This document shows positions 26,728 through 40,802 of a DNA stretch of 64,000 bases, piece after piece; positions within the stretch are counted from its first letter, which is position 1; each line of letters starts with the position of its first letter. Under the pieces are notes generated by a model. It had not been told where the DNA came from and searched no databases. It saw only the letters and a list, made by a program, of their open reading frames with translations. The position numbers and the translations under genes were made by a program. This DNA is from Microbotryum violaceum (lineage: Eukaryota), in the NCBI GenBank assembly GCA_001244265.2, contig CDLV01000006.1, forward strand, positions 2,356,001-2,420,000, written 5' to 3'.

Positions 26728-26884
26728 CGCGTCGCCAGCCGAGGTACGCGCAAAACTATCGCATTTTTGGCTGTTGTTCAGCAGGTCATCTCTCGACCTT
26801 CCTGAAGACTGGGTGGATCATGTGCGATTTGAGTTCTCGAGCTCGATCGCTCGAAGGTCCCACCACAGCCTAGCGTAATTAGTG

Positions 26885-27021
26885 CACCTCTGGCTATATA
26901 CATAAGCACGCTAAAAAGTGGCGCGCGCGGCGCGCCTTCGACCCTCGCTTCCGCGCGGCGTAGCCATACATGTTGCCCGCCTGCAACCCGGGTTGCTGGA
27001 TGGCCCCAGGACTAGGGCAAC
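26885..27021 (+). repeat. Left TIR (137 bp)
   Basis: CACCTCTGGCTATATACATAAG... is the reverse complement of 31079-31215. Confidence 0.95.
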
Positions 27022-27329
27022 TTGCTAATGAGATTGGCCTATTATTAGGGAGTACTTGTGCAATCGCCCAAGAGCTGTCTCTTCTAGCCTCCCCCCGCTC
27101 AGCGCAAAATCAGACCCGCCTCAGTTCTAACACGAGCACCAACTATTGTAACACACAGTAACACATTCTCGAATCAATCTACGGCATATGTATCAGACAA
27201 TGGACAGGCATAAATGGAATCGCTTCAAGTTCTGACCTGACAGGCTACTTCGAGGGACATCCTGACTATAAGCCCCGAGGCCTTCGTTCGGACGCTCGAA
27301 TCCGCACCAACATCCCCGGAACCCGGCAC

Positions 27330-28643
<1,314 letters not shown>

Positions 28644-28930
28644 TCAATTCACCAGTTAGGCAATGACCGTCTCGAGTTTTCCGTGAGCGTGTGTAGCCAT
28701 CTAGCTTGTATGTTATGTCAATGGAGATCCTGCATTGCAACCATGATTCACCCCGAGGGTACAACGCACTCCGAAGGCGGAAATTCTTGTTCAATTTTTA
28801 ACCTTAGGGCAGGGCGTAGATACACTACAACAGAGTCCCGCGCCTCCGGAAATGAGGAAGCGGTATGCGACGACATGCTTCATCAATTCTAGGACACTCT
28901 TAACAAGCACTGTACAACCGGCGTGGCGAT

Positions 28931-29513
28931 GTGTACCCGCCGGAGGTACACACGACGGGTGCCCTCTCCAGCTGTGTACCCCTGGGGTTCCACGGCTCAG
29001 GCGCGGTCCGTCGCCGCCGACGGCCTTGCTGACTGCACTACAACAAACTTCCACGCCCCCGTTCAAAGCTCAGGATGTGTCTGGGGTTACGTAATGGAAT
29101 AACCTCTTGCGACGAGACCGACGAAAAATTTGTTTGCTACATCCGACTTGCACTCTGAAAAACCCGCAAGGCCAACGCACTTCCCTAGCTGAATTCTTCG
29201 TTCGAATCAGCTTCCGAGCAGAGCAGAGCGAAACTGCACTACAACGAACTTCCACGCACCCGCTCAAAGCCCAGGATGTGTCTGAAGTTACCGAAAGGAT
29301 TCACCTCCCGCCGTTGGAGACTCGTATATGTTATTATACAGTGATCTGCCACCGGTGACCGACTTTGCACCCCGGGGGTACACAAGGCGCAAGCGGGAAG
29401 CGCCTGTGTACTCCCGGGGGCACGCAGGACTGGTCCACTCTTCCGCTGTGTACTCCCGGTAATGATCACACCCCGCGCGCCGACTCTGTGTATGTGTACC
29501 CCGGGAGTACACA
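28931..29513. repeat. Cluster of about 6 palindromic motifs (TGTGTAC-CCCGGG-GTACACA-like) and a 59-bp direct repeat pair
   Basis: Palindromes near 28931, 28974, 29366, 29405, 29447 (half site) and 29493. Direct repeats at 29032-29090 and 29233-29291 are 53/59 identical. Confidence 0.85.
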
Positions 29514-29535
29514 GCCCCTACAAGGTCCTTGGCCG

Positions 29536-29853
29536 ATGGACCGATATCCCTGCTCACTCGACTACATAAACTATCACGTCAACGGAGTAGGTATGCGGTG
29601 ACGTATTTCATTGATTTTTGCTGACATGTTATCGCAAGCACTGTACAACGGAGCGCCGTTGGACGCGTCTGGACCCATGCTTTGGGGTGCTGTTGGAACA
29701 GAACAACTACAGCAACACCAATCCTCACCGCCCCCCGCCCCCTCTGGCAACGTTCCCAAACCTGAACCTGCAGATGTCAGCACCGATGCGCACCAAAATT
29801 TAGTCTTTAACTTAGCAGAACCTTCAAGCTTGTCACGTACTGCAGTTCGGTGA
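29536..29853 (+). CDS. Small spliced orphan gene or gene remnant inside the TIR element
   Basis: ATG at 29536. Intron 29591-29638 (GTATGC...CTGAC...AAG) joins frames to give MDRYPCSLDYINYHVNGVALYNGAPL... A second donor GTGAGT at 29850 has a downstream CTGAC but no clear acceptor. Confidence 0.4.
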
Positions 29854-30039
29854 GTGTGGCGGTGGCGACCGGCTCGTGGGATCGTGGTCGTCAACACGTC
29901 AACGCCTGATTAAGGCTGACATTCATTTTACTTTTGTGCACTGGCGTACATTTCCATCATGTGCGATATGGGCCGCATACAAAAAGCAAAGTCCTTCAAT
30001 AACAAATAATCTACAGTCAACAAATACGCCAAACCATCC

Positions 30040-30787
30040 CTAGCTAGCCCATGGGCTCGTCGAGAATCTCGAGGTCGTCCGAGTCTTCAACGCTTGCCAG
30101 CCCGACTCTCCGTCGCCCTCCCCGAGCTCAGCATCATCTTCTTCCTCGACCTCGTGCTCCGATCGTGAACCAAAAACTTCTTTCACTCGTCTTTCATACA
30201 CATCATCGCGGTCTCGCTCGGCATGCTCCGCGGCTGGATCGGGGGTCAGGCCAAGTTCCCTTCGGAATGCGTCGAGGTCGATGGTTGTGTGGCGCACGTC
30301 CACGGCAGAAGGACCTGATGAGCGGCGGCTCGACTCAGTGACGAGGCTCTGTATTTGAGTATTATTCAGCGTCGAAAGGCGGCGACCGAAATGACGTGGA
30401 CTACCGCGCGACCGGCGCAACACCTGTTTCGCCCGTCCGGCGAAAACTCCTCCGATCAAACCGAATGCCGTGGGCCGAGATTCATGAACTGCGGGTAAAC
30501 GGGTAAACGCATTCTGAACCAGACAACCGAGAGATCATCGCATTCGGCGAGCCGATCCAGACGCTCTTTGACCAAAATCTGCCGGCGTTGAAGCACATAC
30601 CACACCGCAGTGCCAACCTCGCCCGCGGGTGGAAGCGGCAAACGCTGACGCGTTGCTGGGAGCAGACAGGAGAGGCAACACATCGTATGGTCGGTGGGCT
30701 TCGATTCAAGATATACGACAGAAAGCGTGAGGGAACAGAAAGTAGTAAGACCAGGACCGTGATCGATAGCGGCGCGTCAAGCGGCAA
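30040..30787 (-). pseudogene. Possible inward-facing cargo ORF(s): a Cys-rich segment followed by an acidic segment
   Basis: ORFs 30482-30787 and 30040-30459 (EHEVEEEDDAELGEGDGE). No family recognised. Confidence 0.3.
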
Positions 30788-31078
30788 TGCTGTTGCTCGC
30801 TCGCGCTCAGGCTCGCTACGGCCGGTCTACCAGCGTGGTGAGACGGCACGTGACTTAACCACGTCCCTCAATGCTACCTTATCCCCACTGCTAATGAGGT
30901 AATGATGTAATGATGTTCTAATCGAGCTTCTTCTCGCTACTAATCTAAAGAAGAAATTGACGATGAGTTTTCCGAATATGCTTTATTACACAATGTCAGC
31001 ATTTATAAGATTGGATTACACCGATACGAGCTCGCACGTACATGAGATGAACGTGTTGAAGGCCACACCAGCCTCCGT

Positions 31079-31215
31079 GTTGCGCTAGTCCTCGCGCCAT
31101 CCAGCAACCCGGGTTACAGGCGGGCAACATGTATGGCTACGCCGCGCGGAAGCGAGGGTCGGAGGCGCGCTGCGCGCGCCACTTTTTAGCGTGCTTATGT
31201 ATATAGCCAGAGGTG
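31079..31215 (-). repeat. Right TIR (137 bp)
   Basis: Ends ...GTATATAGCCAGAGGTG; reverse complement of the left TIR. Confidence 0.95.
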
Positions 31216-31548
31216 GTTATGTTTTGTTTTTGTCCAGATCTGGCAGAAGCGATTATGATTATGTCTCTGGCACGTGTGTTCTCGGTTTATTTATTTTTGT
31301 CCATAGTCCTCTTTTGGTCGTAGACTTTTTGGAGGCCACGCGCCCCTGATTGGTCACCGAGCAGCATCCCGTACGGAATTTTACCCCAGCCACGTCCCGA
31401 AAATTGGTTCGCCGGGCCCACGACTTTACGCATTACGTTCAACCGATCTGACATCGCAGGCTAGAAGAATGTTCTAGTACAACACTGAACGACAAAGATA
31501 ACCTATGCTATATGATCTGATCAAAGAGGATACACTAAACTGAAATAC

Positions 31549-34500
31549 TCAAAGTACTCCATCGGATATCATGTGGGGGTCGTCGAAGAGCTCCCCGAGA
31601 TACTGCTCCAGGTTTTCAAGCTCGGACGAGACCGACCCGAGCGAGACGAGGTAGAACCTATTCAAAAGGCAAGCGGTTGGACACGAGTAATCAGAACGGG
31701 TGCCCACAACGAGCTTCGGCATGTGTGAAACATGTAGCGACTCACCAGTACCTGAGAAATCCAGGTCGTTTGAGCTCGGCCTCGCCTCGCGGCAATTGAC
31801 TAGACCGATGAGCAGTCGATGATCAGCTTTCACACGACGCGACAGTATACTCAGATCCTATAAAGAATAAACTGACCTTAGACGACGGGATAAAACGAGT
31901 GCATCGTTCTCGAACGACGCCCAGGTCGGCTTGGAAGAAGGGACGTCACGCGCCAATGGGGTCTTGCACATCACTGTGAAGCGTCCACAACCCAGTCAGC
32001 TCCACACCACCATCTCAATTACCCCGAGAACAAGCCATCAAACTCACGCGACGTCGCCGCAAGATGGAACAACACCCTCGCCAACCTCTGCGAATGCAGC
32101 CGATAAGGGAACAACACACTCGCGAAATCTTTATGCACCGTCTCGTTAAACCCTCTGGTCCCGACCGCCGTTCGAGCCTCCCTCAATCGATCCAGAATAA
32201 TTTGGTGCGAGTTGATGATCTTGAGCAAGACGCCGGCTTTAAAGGGGAGGCCAAAGGTAGGCTCGACTTTGGCGTACCCGAACGTCGTTGGAAGCTTCAA
32301 GAGCGCGGATTGGATCGCGATTTCTTGTTGGACTAACTCGTCGGCGATTTGATCCAATGCTTCGGGTGAAGGCATGGGTGCATCATCGGCGGGTGCGACG
32401 ACGTTGATCAGAGTCTGCAAAAGCGTATTGTACCGCGCGAGCGATGAGGTGATGGTCGCGATCTCCTTTCGAAGCTGTCGTCGAGCTGGAGACCTCCAGA
32501 AGAAGAGTTGCAAGATCGCCGAAATACCGATCGAGATGCCCATTGAGCCAATGAGGTGGGCGAAGCGAAGCGGCGGAGCTTCGTAGGGCTGTCTGAGCGT
32601 CGCCATCGCCACTGGGTTCTCGTTGTAGAGGTATTCGAGAATGACGACGTTGCCGCTACCGACCATCATCAGTAACGAGGCGGTATAGTACTGCGGGCTC
32701 CCGTAGAAGATGAAGGATGAGAAGGCGGCCCAAACAGCGATCGCTGCCGCGAGACCATAAGGGTTGTAAACGTGTCCTCCAGCGTTGTGAAAAATCTCGA
32801 GCACGATCAAGCCGTACAGAGCACCGACCCCCGTGCCCGCAAGCTGCAGGGCCCAAGTCCAGGTCGTTTGGCCCAAGGTGGGTGAGATGGCGACGATGAC
32901 GGTGATGAGTGACGATGTCATGCCATATTTGAGAAAAAGGTTCGTTTGAAGGGACGGCGTGAGGATGAAGACTGTGTACAACGAGGCACCGATGGCGACT
33001 TTGAAGGCGTCTATACGGCGTGCAGGGATTATTCAGTCTCATTCTGGCCCATCAAATTGAGGTTCATACCATTTGAAGAGCAACTTACAAAGCGATCGAT
33101 CACCCCTCAACCACCTTTCGAACCAGACGAAACGCTGTGTAAGGGTGACCTTTGGCGCTGTATAAGGGTCGCCTTTCAGTGTCGCCAGAGCTTCAGGTAA
33201 CGTCATCCCGTTCGGCCTTTGCCATGGCGCCAATAGTTTCTGCCGCAGGGTGTTAAAAATGTAAGGTCGGATCCGTTTCTTGCGATTGGTTGTGACGAGC
33301 GAATGAAGTGAGCACAATTCATCGGTCAGTTGCCTAGCGTGAGGACGCCGGGCATCAGCTCTCGACTTGTGCATAATCTCAACGGGAGTAGAAGTGAACT
33401 AACCCGAAGCCAAAAAGGATCGAATACGACTTGGTCAACGCCGCCGAGATGGCCACCTCTTCCGGAGGTGCAGAGTCTTTGCGCCCTCTCGAGGATCCGG
33501 CAAAGCTGCTCATGGGTACGGCGTGTCGTATGCGTCTCAGGGACGTCTCGGCGACGAGCGAGCTTGTCCAAGCTTTGGGGAGTCGATCCGCGTACCTATC
33601 GTACACACTCACGTGAGTCTGAAGCCCCCTCAATAGGATCCGAAGATGCTCAACTCACATCATCTGTAATCCCGGCATCCCTTCCTCGATCCTCAAAACA
33701 TCCTCGATACCCAATGACCCATCCTTGATGAGCGATATCAACGCATCGGCCTGCACCTGAGCAAAGTGTTCCCACGCGGCACGCAAGAACCCCACTTCCG
33801 ATCCCGCATCATACCCTTTCTCCTCATCCCCACTCAGCGTTCGTCGTTTGGGGTCAAAGACCGTCGTCCGTTTGCTCAGCGTGTGGCGCAGGTCGGCGGC
33901 GGCTTGGGCTTGTTCCTCCGGTGTGGTGGGATCGTTCGTCGTGGGCGCATTGGACACGCTCGATTCTTTCGATGCGTGTTGTTGCCTAACTTCAGACCGT
34001 TGTACCTCTCTCCTCAACTTGTCCCCGATGCTCATCAATTGCTCGATCGTCTCCTTGCGTGATAAAGGCGCGCCCGCCACAGGCTCTGCCGCACCTGTTC
34101 TTGGCTGCGTCGCGGGTGGTGGCAGTGTCGGTTCTTGATTGGCGCGAGAATGCATGTGCCATCGTTCCCTCATCTCTTGCCCGTGCACATCTTCTTCGCC
34201 AGTATGTTTCCTCTGCTGTTGTTTTTTATCATTCCCTAGCAACTGATCAACGATAGAAGCGATGACCAAATCGATGCCTCTTCGAAACGCCTTGAACGTC
34301 GCCGCCGATTCACTCCTCGCCAACAAGTGACGCTTGACATTGATCCCTTCCGGATCGAGTTCGTCAATCAGATCCAGCGCCGAGGAGGACGTGATCAAGG
34401 CCTGTTGCAAGCCTTGCACTTTGGCGATCATGTCCTGCCAATCGACGAGACGGAATTGGGAATGAAGGCGAACTTCGTAAGCCGTTTCTTCGAGGCGCGA

Positions 34501-35525
34501 AGCGAGGGCGAGGTAGTCGGACCTGATCGTTTGCACGAGCACGGAACGGACTTGTTCCTCATCAGCCTCGATCTCTTTCGAGTAGGCCTTGCAGGTCAAA
34601 TGGGCGAGGGAGGATATGTGTTGCAGCGATGCGATGAGCAAGGTGTTGAGTTCGGCCGAGGACTGGGTCGGATAGACGAAAAAGTTGACGGCGAGGGAGA
34701 TGACGAGACCGTAGCCGTAGGCTTGGAAGTAGGCGAGCAACCAAGATGATTCGAATGCCAGTCGACCGGATTGTTTTGCGAGCTCGATGGGAGAGTAGAT
34801 GCCGTTGAAGGCGAAGAGTACGCCGTACTGTGCAGGGAATAGTGGGATGTCAGCGTTCAAAGGCTCGAGTCTCGAGTCTCGGGAGGTGGGGTGACAATTC
34901 TTCGCAGAGAGGGCACTCACGAGGAAGAAGGATATGTACTTTGGACCGAGCGCACGAACGAGCGCGACGAGATAGACCCATAGTGCGAACACAAAACCCT
35001 GGGCAAGGGGAGCAGAGCCTATCGAGCAAGAAGCCCGTGGTCAGCTGGCCAAATATACCGAGCCGAACCTGTTTTGAAGCCGAGTCGGGTACTCACAGAG
35101 CGTGGCCAGGATAACAAAGACGACGACGCCACCGAAGAGACCGAGAGCTGACCAAATAAAGTTGTGTACAAAGCCGCCTACGGTCTTGCCCGGATAAGCC
35201 GCCACAACGGCGAGGACCATCTACGGAGTGCATCACAAGTAGACAATCAGCCTCGGCGAGTGCGCGCCAACTGACACTAGACCAACTGCGCAGCTCCGAG
35301 TTCTTCCGGGGCACAAGCAAAATGTACCGAGCTAAGGCACGATCCGGCATGAGGATTGAGATTCGCGAATGGACGCGAAAAAACGAGGGCAAAGGTGAGC
35401 GTCAGAGCAATTGTGGCCTTGAGCACGGATACGAGCAGCCACCGCGAGTTCGGCGCATGCTGTCGACCGAGCCATCGACCGAGCCGACTGGGACTGCCAG
35501 TGGTACGACCGGCTTGCTGGACCAT
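31549..35525 (-). CDS. FUSC-like / aromatic-acid-exporter (ArAE) family membrane protein, multi-exon
   Basis: Two hydrophobic helix bundles (LKATIALTLTFALVF...ISLAVNFFVYP; ITVIVAISPTLGQT...GTGVGALYG...LQLFFWRSPARRQLR), each followed by a long helical soluble region. This duplicated architecture is typical of the family. Confidence 0.75.
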
Positions 35526-35735
35526 ACATTCGCCGGCGGGCGCTCGACCGAGATTCGAGAGGAGCAGCCGTGGTACTTGGTCGGCGTAAGCCGGTCGATC
35601 CTCGGCTCGGCGGTCGACTCGATCAACTGGCGCTTGTCGGCGCAATTCGCATTAGTAATAACTCGGTCAAGACGATCGCTTGCCTCGGATTAGACCCTAT
35701 TAGACCAGCCGCTAATTTCACCCCCACTCGTCAGT

Positions 35736-35767
<32 letters not shown>
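35736..35767. repeat. (GTCCTC)5 microsatellite in the divergent transporter/DBP5 intergenic region
   Basis: Visible directly. Confidence 0.9.
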
Positions 35768-35834
35768 TGGGACAGGTCAGGTCGCTCCTCTTCCCCTGCA
35801 TCTGCATCGCCGACCTCTTTCGCACACACACAGC

Positions 35835-38212
35835 ATGGCATCAGGTCAGTGACGGAAGCGGGCCCCAACTGAGATGATCCCAGTGCTCACCAGCTGGCTG
35901 TGTTGTTCAACAGACGCTGTGGCCTCACTCTCATCTCGGCTGGGCAAGCTGGACCCGACCGCGAACAGTGTCGACGCCGCGTCGTCCCCGCCAGCTGCTC
36001 CTGCCACACCCCAAGTGGACGAACAAGACACTGCCCCGACTGTAACCCAAGGTGATCAGGAAACTGCACCCGAGCCCGCTCCCGTACCCAAAGGTTCGTT
36101 CGTTCGGCTGACTCGACCCGCGATGAGCAGCCATACCCCTGCTGGAACCCCTGAGAGCTCACTCGGAGCCATATCCCTGCTGAAACCCCCGAGAACTCAC
36201 TCGATCGGTACACCATCCCCCCTTGCCAGCTTCTCAACTGCTTGAAAATTTGCAACACGAGGTTCAAGTGAGCCGCTTGCACTCTCACCGCATCCTGCTG
36301 CTCCTCTTCCCTCCCAAGCTCACCCATCTCAACTCCTCTTCGTCGCTGCCGTCCAGGTCACGCTCGCCGATCAACAGCAGGACCCAAACTCGCCTCTCTT
36401 TTCGGCCAAGACATTCGAGGATCTCAACCTGTGCGTCGTTCAGAAGGGCAACGCGAGCTAGGCAGCAGCGCCTCTGACGGTGAATCCGGGATGACTTGAT
36501 TTTCCCCCCACTAGCCACCCGAACTTGCTCAAAGGGGTGTACAAGCTGGGTTTCCAAAAACCTTCCAAGATCCAGGAGCGTGCTCTGCCTCTTCTACTGC
36601 AGAACCCGTCAGTTTGGATCCTCTTTCCGTATCGTGTTCAGGCTGACCCGTGTAGTCCACCATCTCCAGTCCTCGCAACATGATCGGTCAATCCCAGTCT
36701 GGAACGGGCAAGACCGCCGCCTTTGCCTTGACCATGCTCTCTCGCATCGACATGGAGCTCAAGAAACCTCAGGTTAGACTCTATGCTACTTTGAGTCTCG
36801 CCGTGACAACGGACCCCTGACGTTCCGTCGGGTCATCACCCTCCAGGCGATCTGCCTCTCCCCTGCGCGCGAATTGGCGCTGCAAACCTTGACGGTCGTA
36901 CAACGCATGGGAGAATACACCCCCGTCGAGTGCTTCGCCGCCGTCAAGGACTCGTTCGATCGCAGAATGCCCCCCATTCAGGCTCAAGTCATTGTTGGCA
37001 CACCGGGGACAATTATGGACGTGCGTTTCAACGTTTCATGGGTGAAAAGACGTCTGTGGGAATGCCGCTGATGCTGTGATCGATGGTCTCATAATTTCAG
37101 GCTATCCGACATCGGATCTTGGACTGTATCGAGATCAAGGTGTTTGTCTTGGACGAGGCCGACAACTTGTTGGATCTTGGGTCCATGGCCGATCAGAGTT
37201 CGAGTGTCAAAAAGTGGGTCAGGTTCCGACATGTGCGATTGTTGCGATACAAGAGCTGATCATAAACGGAGTTTCTGGGAACCTTCACAGTGCCGTGATC
37301 AAATCTGCACGTACACCGCCGCAACTTGTACTCTTTTCTGCAACCTTTACCGACACGATCCGAACGTTCGCCGTTCGCTTTGCACCGAATGCGAACGAAA
37401 TCCGCCTCAAACAGGAGGAAGTCGCCTTGGATGCGATCAAGCAGTTCTTCATGGGTCAGTCGATTCTCCAACGGCTTTAGAAACCCCACGCGTTGACGGT
37501 AATATCTTTCCCGTGGTTAAGACTGCCGAGACGAGCAGCACAAGTACGAAGTCCTGGTCGAGTTGTACAACTTGTTGACGATCGGGCAGAGCATCATCTT
37601 TGTCGCCGTGAGTGGAAACCCCAGGACTCTTCCATGTGCACCTTTGAATACCTTGCTCAATCGATCGCCCAATTTTTTCCGCTCACAGCGTCGAGACACC
37701 TCGGACGAGATCTCACGACGAATGACGGCCGAGGGGCACGCCGTCGCATCTTTGACCGGTCAACTGACGCCCGAGGAACGCGACGCGGTGATGGAATCCT
37801 TCCGAGATGGCAAGACCAAAGTCCTCATGGCGACGAACGTGATCGCGCGTGGCTTGGACGTGATGCAAGTCAACATGGTCGTCAACTACGACTTGCCCGT
37901 CGATGGTCAGGGGAGACCTGAACCGCAGACTTACATTCATCGCATTGGGAGGACGGGGAGGTTCGGTCGACAAGGCGTCAGCATCAATTTCGTGCATGAC
38001 CGGAAGAGCTTCAAGATTATGGAGGACATCAGGAACGCGGTCGGAAAACCGATTGTGAGAGTTGACACCAGCGATTTCGAACAGATGGAAAAGGTCAGTT
38101 TGCTGCAGCCGAGGGTCACATGAGCGAGTTTTTGGATACGTTCGCTGATGAAGGCTTTTCTGCTGGCTTTTGGCGTGATGGGTAGACTTTGAAAGCGGCT
38201 TTGAAGGCTTGA
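35835..38212 (+). CDS. DBP5: DEAD-box RNA helicase Dbp5/DDX19 (mRNA export), multi-exon
   Basis: [86 protein letters not shown]. Confidence 0.96.
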
Positions 38213-38637
38213 AAGGTGATTCTGAATACCCAGATAAGATGTCCTGATGCAACGATATGATTTCTTAGAAGCCCCTACTAGGCTAAGCATAGCCATCGGC
38301 CTATTCCGCGGCGGGACAAATGTGACCCCGGCCGAACGAGACGGGGCGCTCAAAGAAATGGCAACAAATCACTGTCATGTGATCTGGCTGAGGCCAGTTC
38401 GAAGATATGAATGTGAATGCGCTGCACCTCGAAAGGGAGCGTTCGGCCGGCGCATTCTACCCCGAGGGGGGGGGGGGACATCGCCAGGGGAAGAAGAAAG
38501 CTCGAGCATCCCTTTGTCTCGCTCGTGCCGGCCGTGTGAAAGAGTCGGTGTTCGCGGTCAACTTGTGCGCGAGCACTCGACGGTTGCTCTCCTCTCAATT
38601 TCTCCAACAGCTCATCGAACCCCGGCCCAGAATTACG

Positions 38638-40084
38638 ATGAGTCTCGAAATGTCGGCTGCGAATGACTTGCATAGACGACCGAATGCAGGACCTGATCCG
38701 GACATGAGCCCCGAGCCTTTGTCCGCGGAGCCCCCCACCGGCCTCACCTCTTCACCGCACGAATCGACCTCGACCTCGAACGGCGAGACCCACGGCGAGA
38801 CCCACGGCGAGACCCACCTCAAACACCACCCCAGCCACCGTGTCGGCCCTTCCTTCCCACTCACCTCGTTCGAATCGACCCCTCACAACGTCGCCTGTTT
38901 CGCGTTCTGTCTCGGTGCCGTATGGTCCGTAGGCTTCACACGACTAGTCATCTATTGGCTCCATCCGACCGAACGATCCTGGTCATTGTGGTTCACGCTC
39001 GATTCGACGCATTTGCCCGCTCAGAGCCTGTTGAGCGCATGTACGAGTCCCATGTTGGCGCTTTATCTGAGCTGTTGGGCCATGTTCCATCTGCTCGAAT
39101 TCGTCGTCACGTCCATGTACAACCCGGGCAAGCTCTCCGTTTCTTGTCAGTCCAAACCCCCACTTTGGGCTGTCCGCATCCGCAACGGGGTCCGCTCGGC
39201 ATACGGCTCGCTCAACGTAACTAAGGGTGGTCCTGACATTCATAGCCTTCCTCTTGAACAATGGGTCACCTTACCACGTCGCCCACGCTTTTGGGATCCT
39301 CGAGCACATCTTGGAAGAAGCGTACCTACCCCCCAAATGGCGAGCATTCAAACACCTCGGATGGATCATGGTCGCTGGTGCGTCACACATGCACTTCAAG
39401 CAGGAAGATGTTCTAGTTCGCTGCTAACCTCTTGTACTGATGTGGTCTGCACATAGGGTGGGTGCTCCTCATGGGAGGTCAGATTCTGCGCTCGTTCGCG
39501 ATGATCTCGGCAGCGCAAAACTTTTCCCATGTGTACGTCGTCATTTTCGTCCAGATCTAAATAAGTATCTCCTTTTCCAGGTGAGGCGTAGAGCGCTGAT
39601 GCTCTGACCTATCTCACTGATTCGTCCAAACAGCATCCAAATCAAGAAGCGAGATGACCATTCACTCGTCGAGACCGGGATCTACGCCTGGTCCCGACAC
39701 CCTTCGTACGCCGGGTTCTGTTGGTGGGCTTTGGGGACTCAGGTCGGTCCTCTATCGGTGAAAAGATCAGACTCTCGGGTTCCAAATTAAACCCGACTAT
39801 CCTCTTCCCTGGGTCTTCCCTAGATCATGCTCGCAAACCCGATAGCGACGCTGGCGTTCACCCACGTTTTGCTCTCGTTCTTTGCCGCCCGTATAGAGGG
39901 TAAGTTTACGCCATCATACTTGGGCAAAGGTCTTCGACTTCTCTTCGATCGTCAGAAGAAGCTGACTTTACCACCCGGATTAACCGGACCTTTAGCCGAG
40001 GAGAAATATCTGGTCAAATTCTTTGGCGACGACTATATCTCGTACCGCAAGCGCGTCCCGACGAGGATCATCTTCATATCATAG
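38638..40084 (+). CDS. STE14: Isoprenylcysteine carboxyl methyltransferase, multi-exon
   Basis: FHLLEF...YNP, FLLNNG, GQILRSFAMISAAQNFSH, LVETGIYAWSRHPSYAGF, RIE.EEKYLVKFFGDDYISYRKRVPT. Confidence 0.94.
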
Positions 40085-40802
40085 AGAAGACGAGAACATG
40101 CAATGCAACTGATCAGCCGGTGACTAAGATGATTCGCATGGGAACGGTCGGAGTGAAGCTTTCACGGGGGTTTGAGAGTGCTGACACTGAGCTGAGCGGT
40201 GACTCGATGAGGCTGAGCCAAAAACACAATGTCGAGGCCAATGCGGAGGCGGGGCTGCAAGTCAGGTGACCTCGAGGTTTCCGAGGACTTTTCGATCGGA
40301 CACGAAGTTGATCGATTTTCCAGTAGTATGATTGAGCAGGCAGTACCATGAAGAGACTCGGTTAATTTTGAAACTCTTTAAAATGAATCCAAGCGATGTT
40401 GAAAAGGATTGAGAGTCGTGGTCAGTCTGAATGAAAACAGACGGCTCTAGCCGGTCATTTCACACGCCTGAGCAGGCCAGCATGCACGTCGGTCGTCATC
40501 AGTATTAGCCCACTCGCCTCCATGTCCCTTTGAGCCGCTCACTGCCCCGTCAACACACGCTCCTCCTTTCCAAGGGGTCATCACAGGCACTACCATTGCG
40601 TGTGTCTCTGTGTGTGACTCGATCGAAGCTCGGCACTACCGTCTGGATCCGGGCACCTGAGCAACCCCAGCGCGTGCGGACGAGGACACGAACGGGCGTG
40701 TTTCGCACCGCCTTCAGCTGCCGCGCCTCGATTCGATTCGCCGTCGGTCGGTCAGTGTCGGTGACCGGTGGACGGGTGAACGACAGGTGACGAGTTTCCG
40801 AG

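Noticed and set aside
28823-29245. Three CACTACAAC motifs resembling CACTA termini, suggesting a nested En/Spm element
   Set aside because: All three are on the same strand, no inverted partner (GTTGTAGTG) was seen nearby, and there is no TSD.
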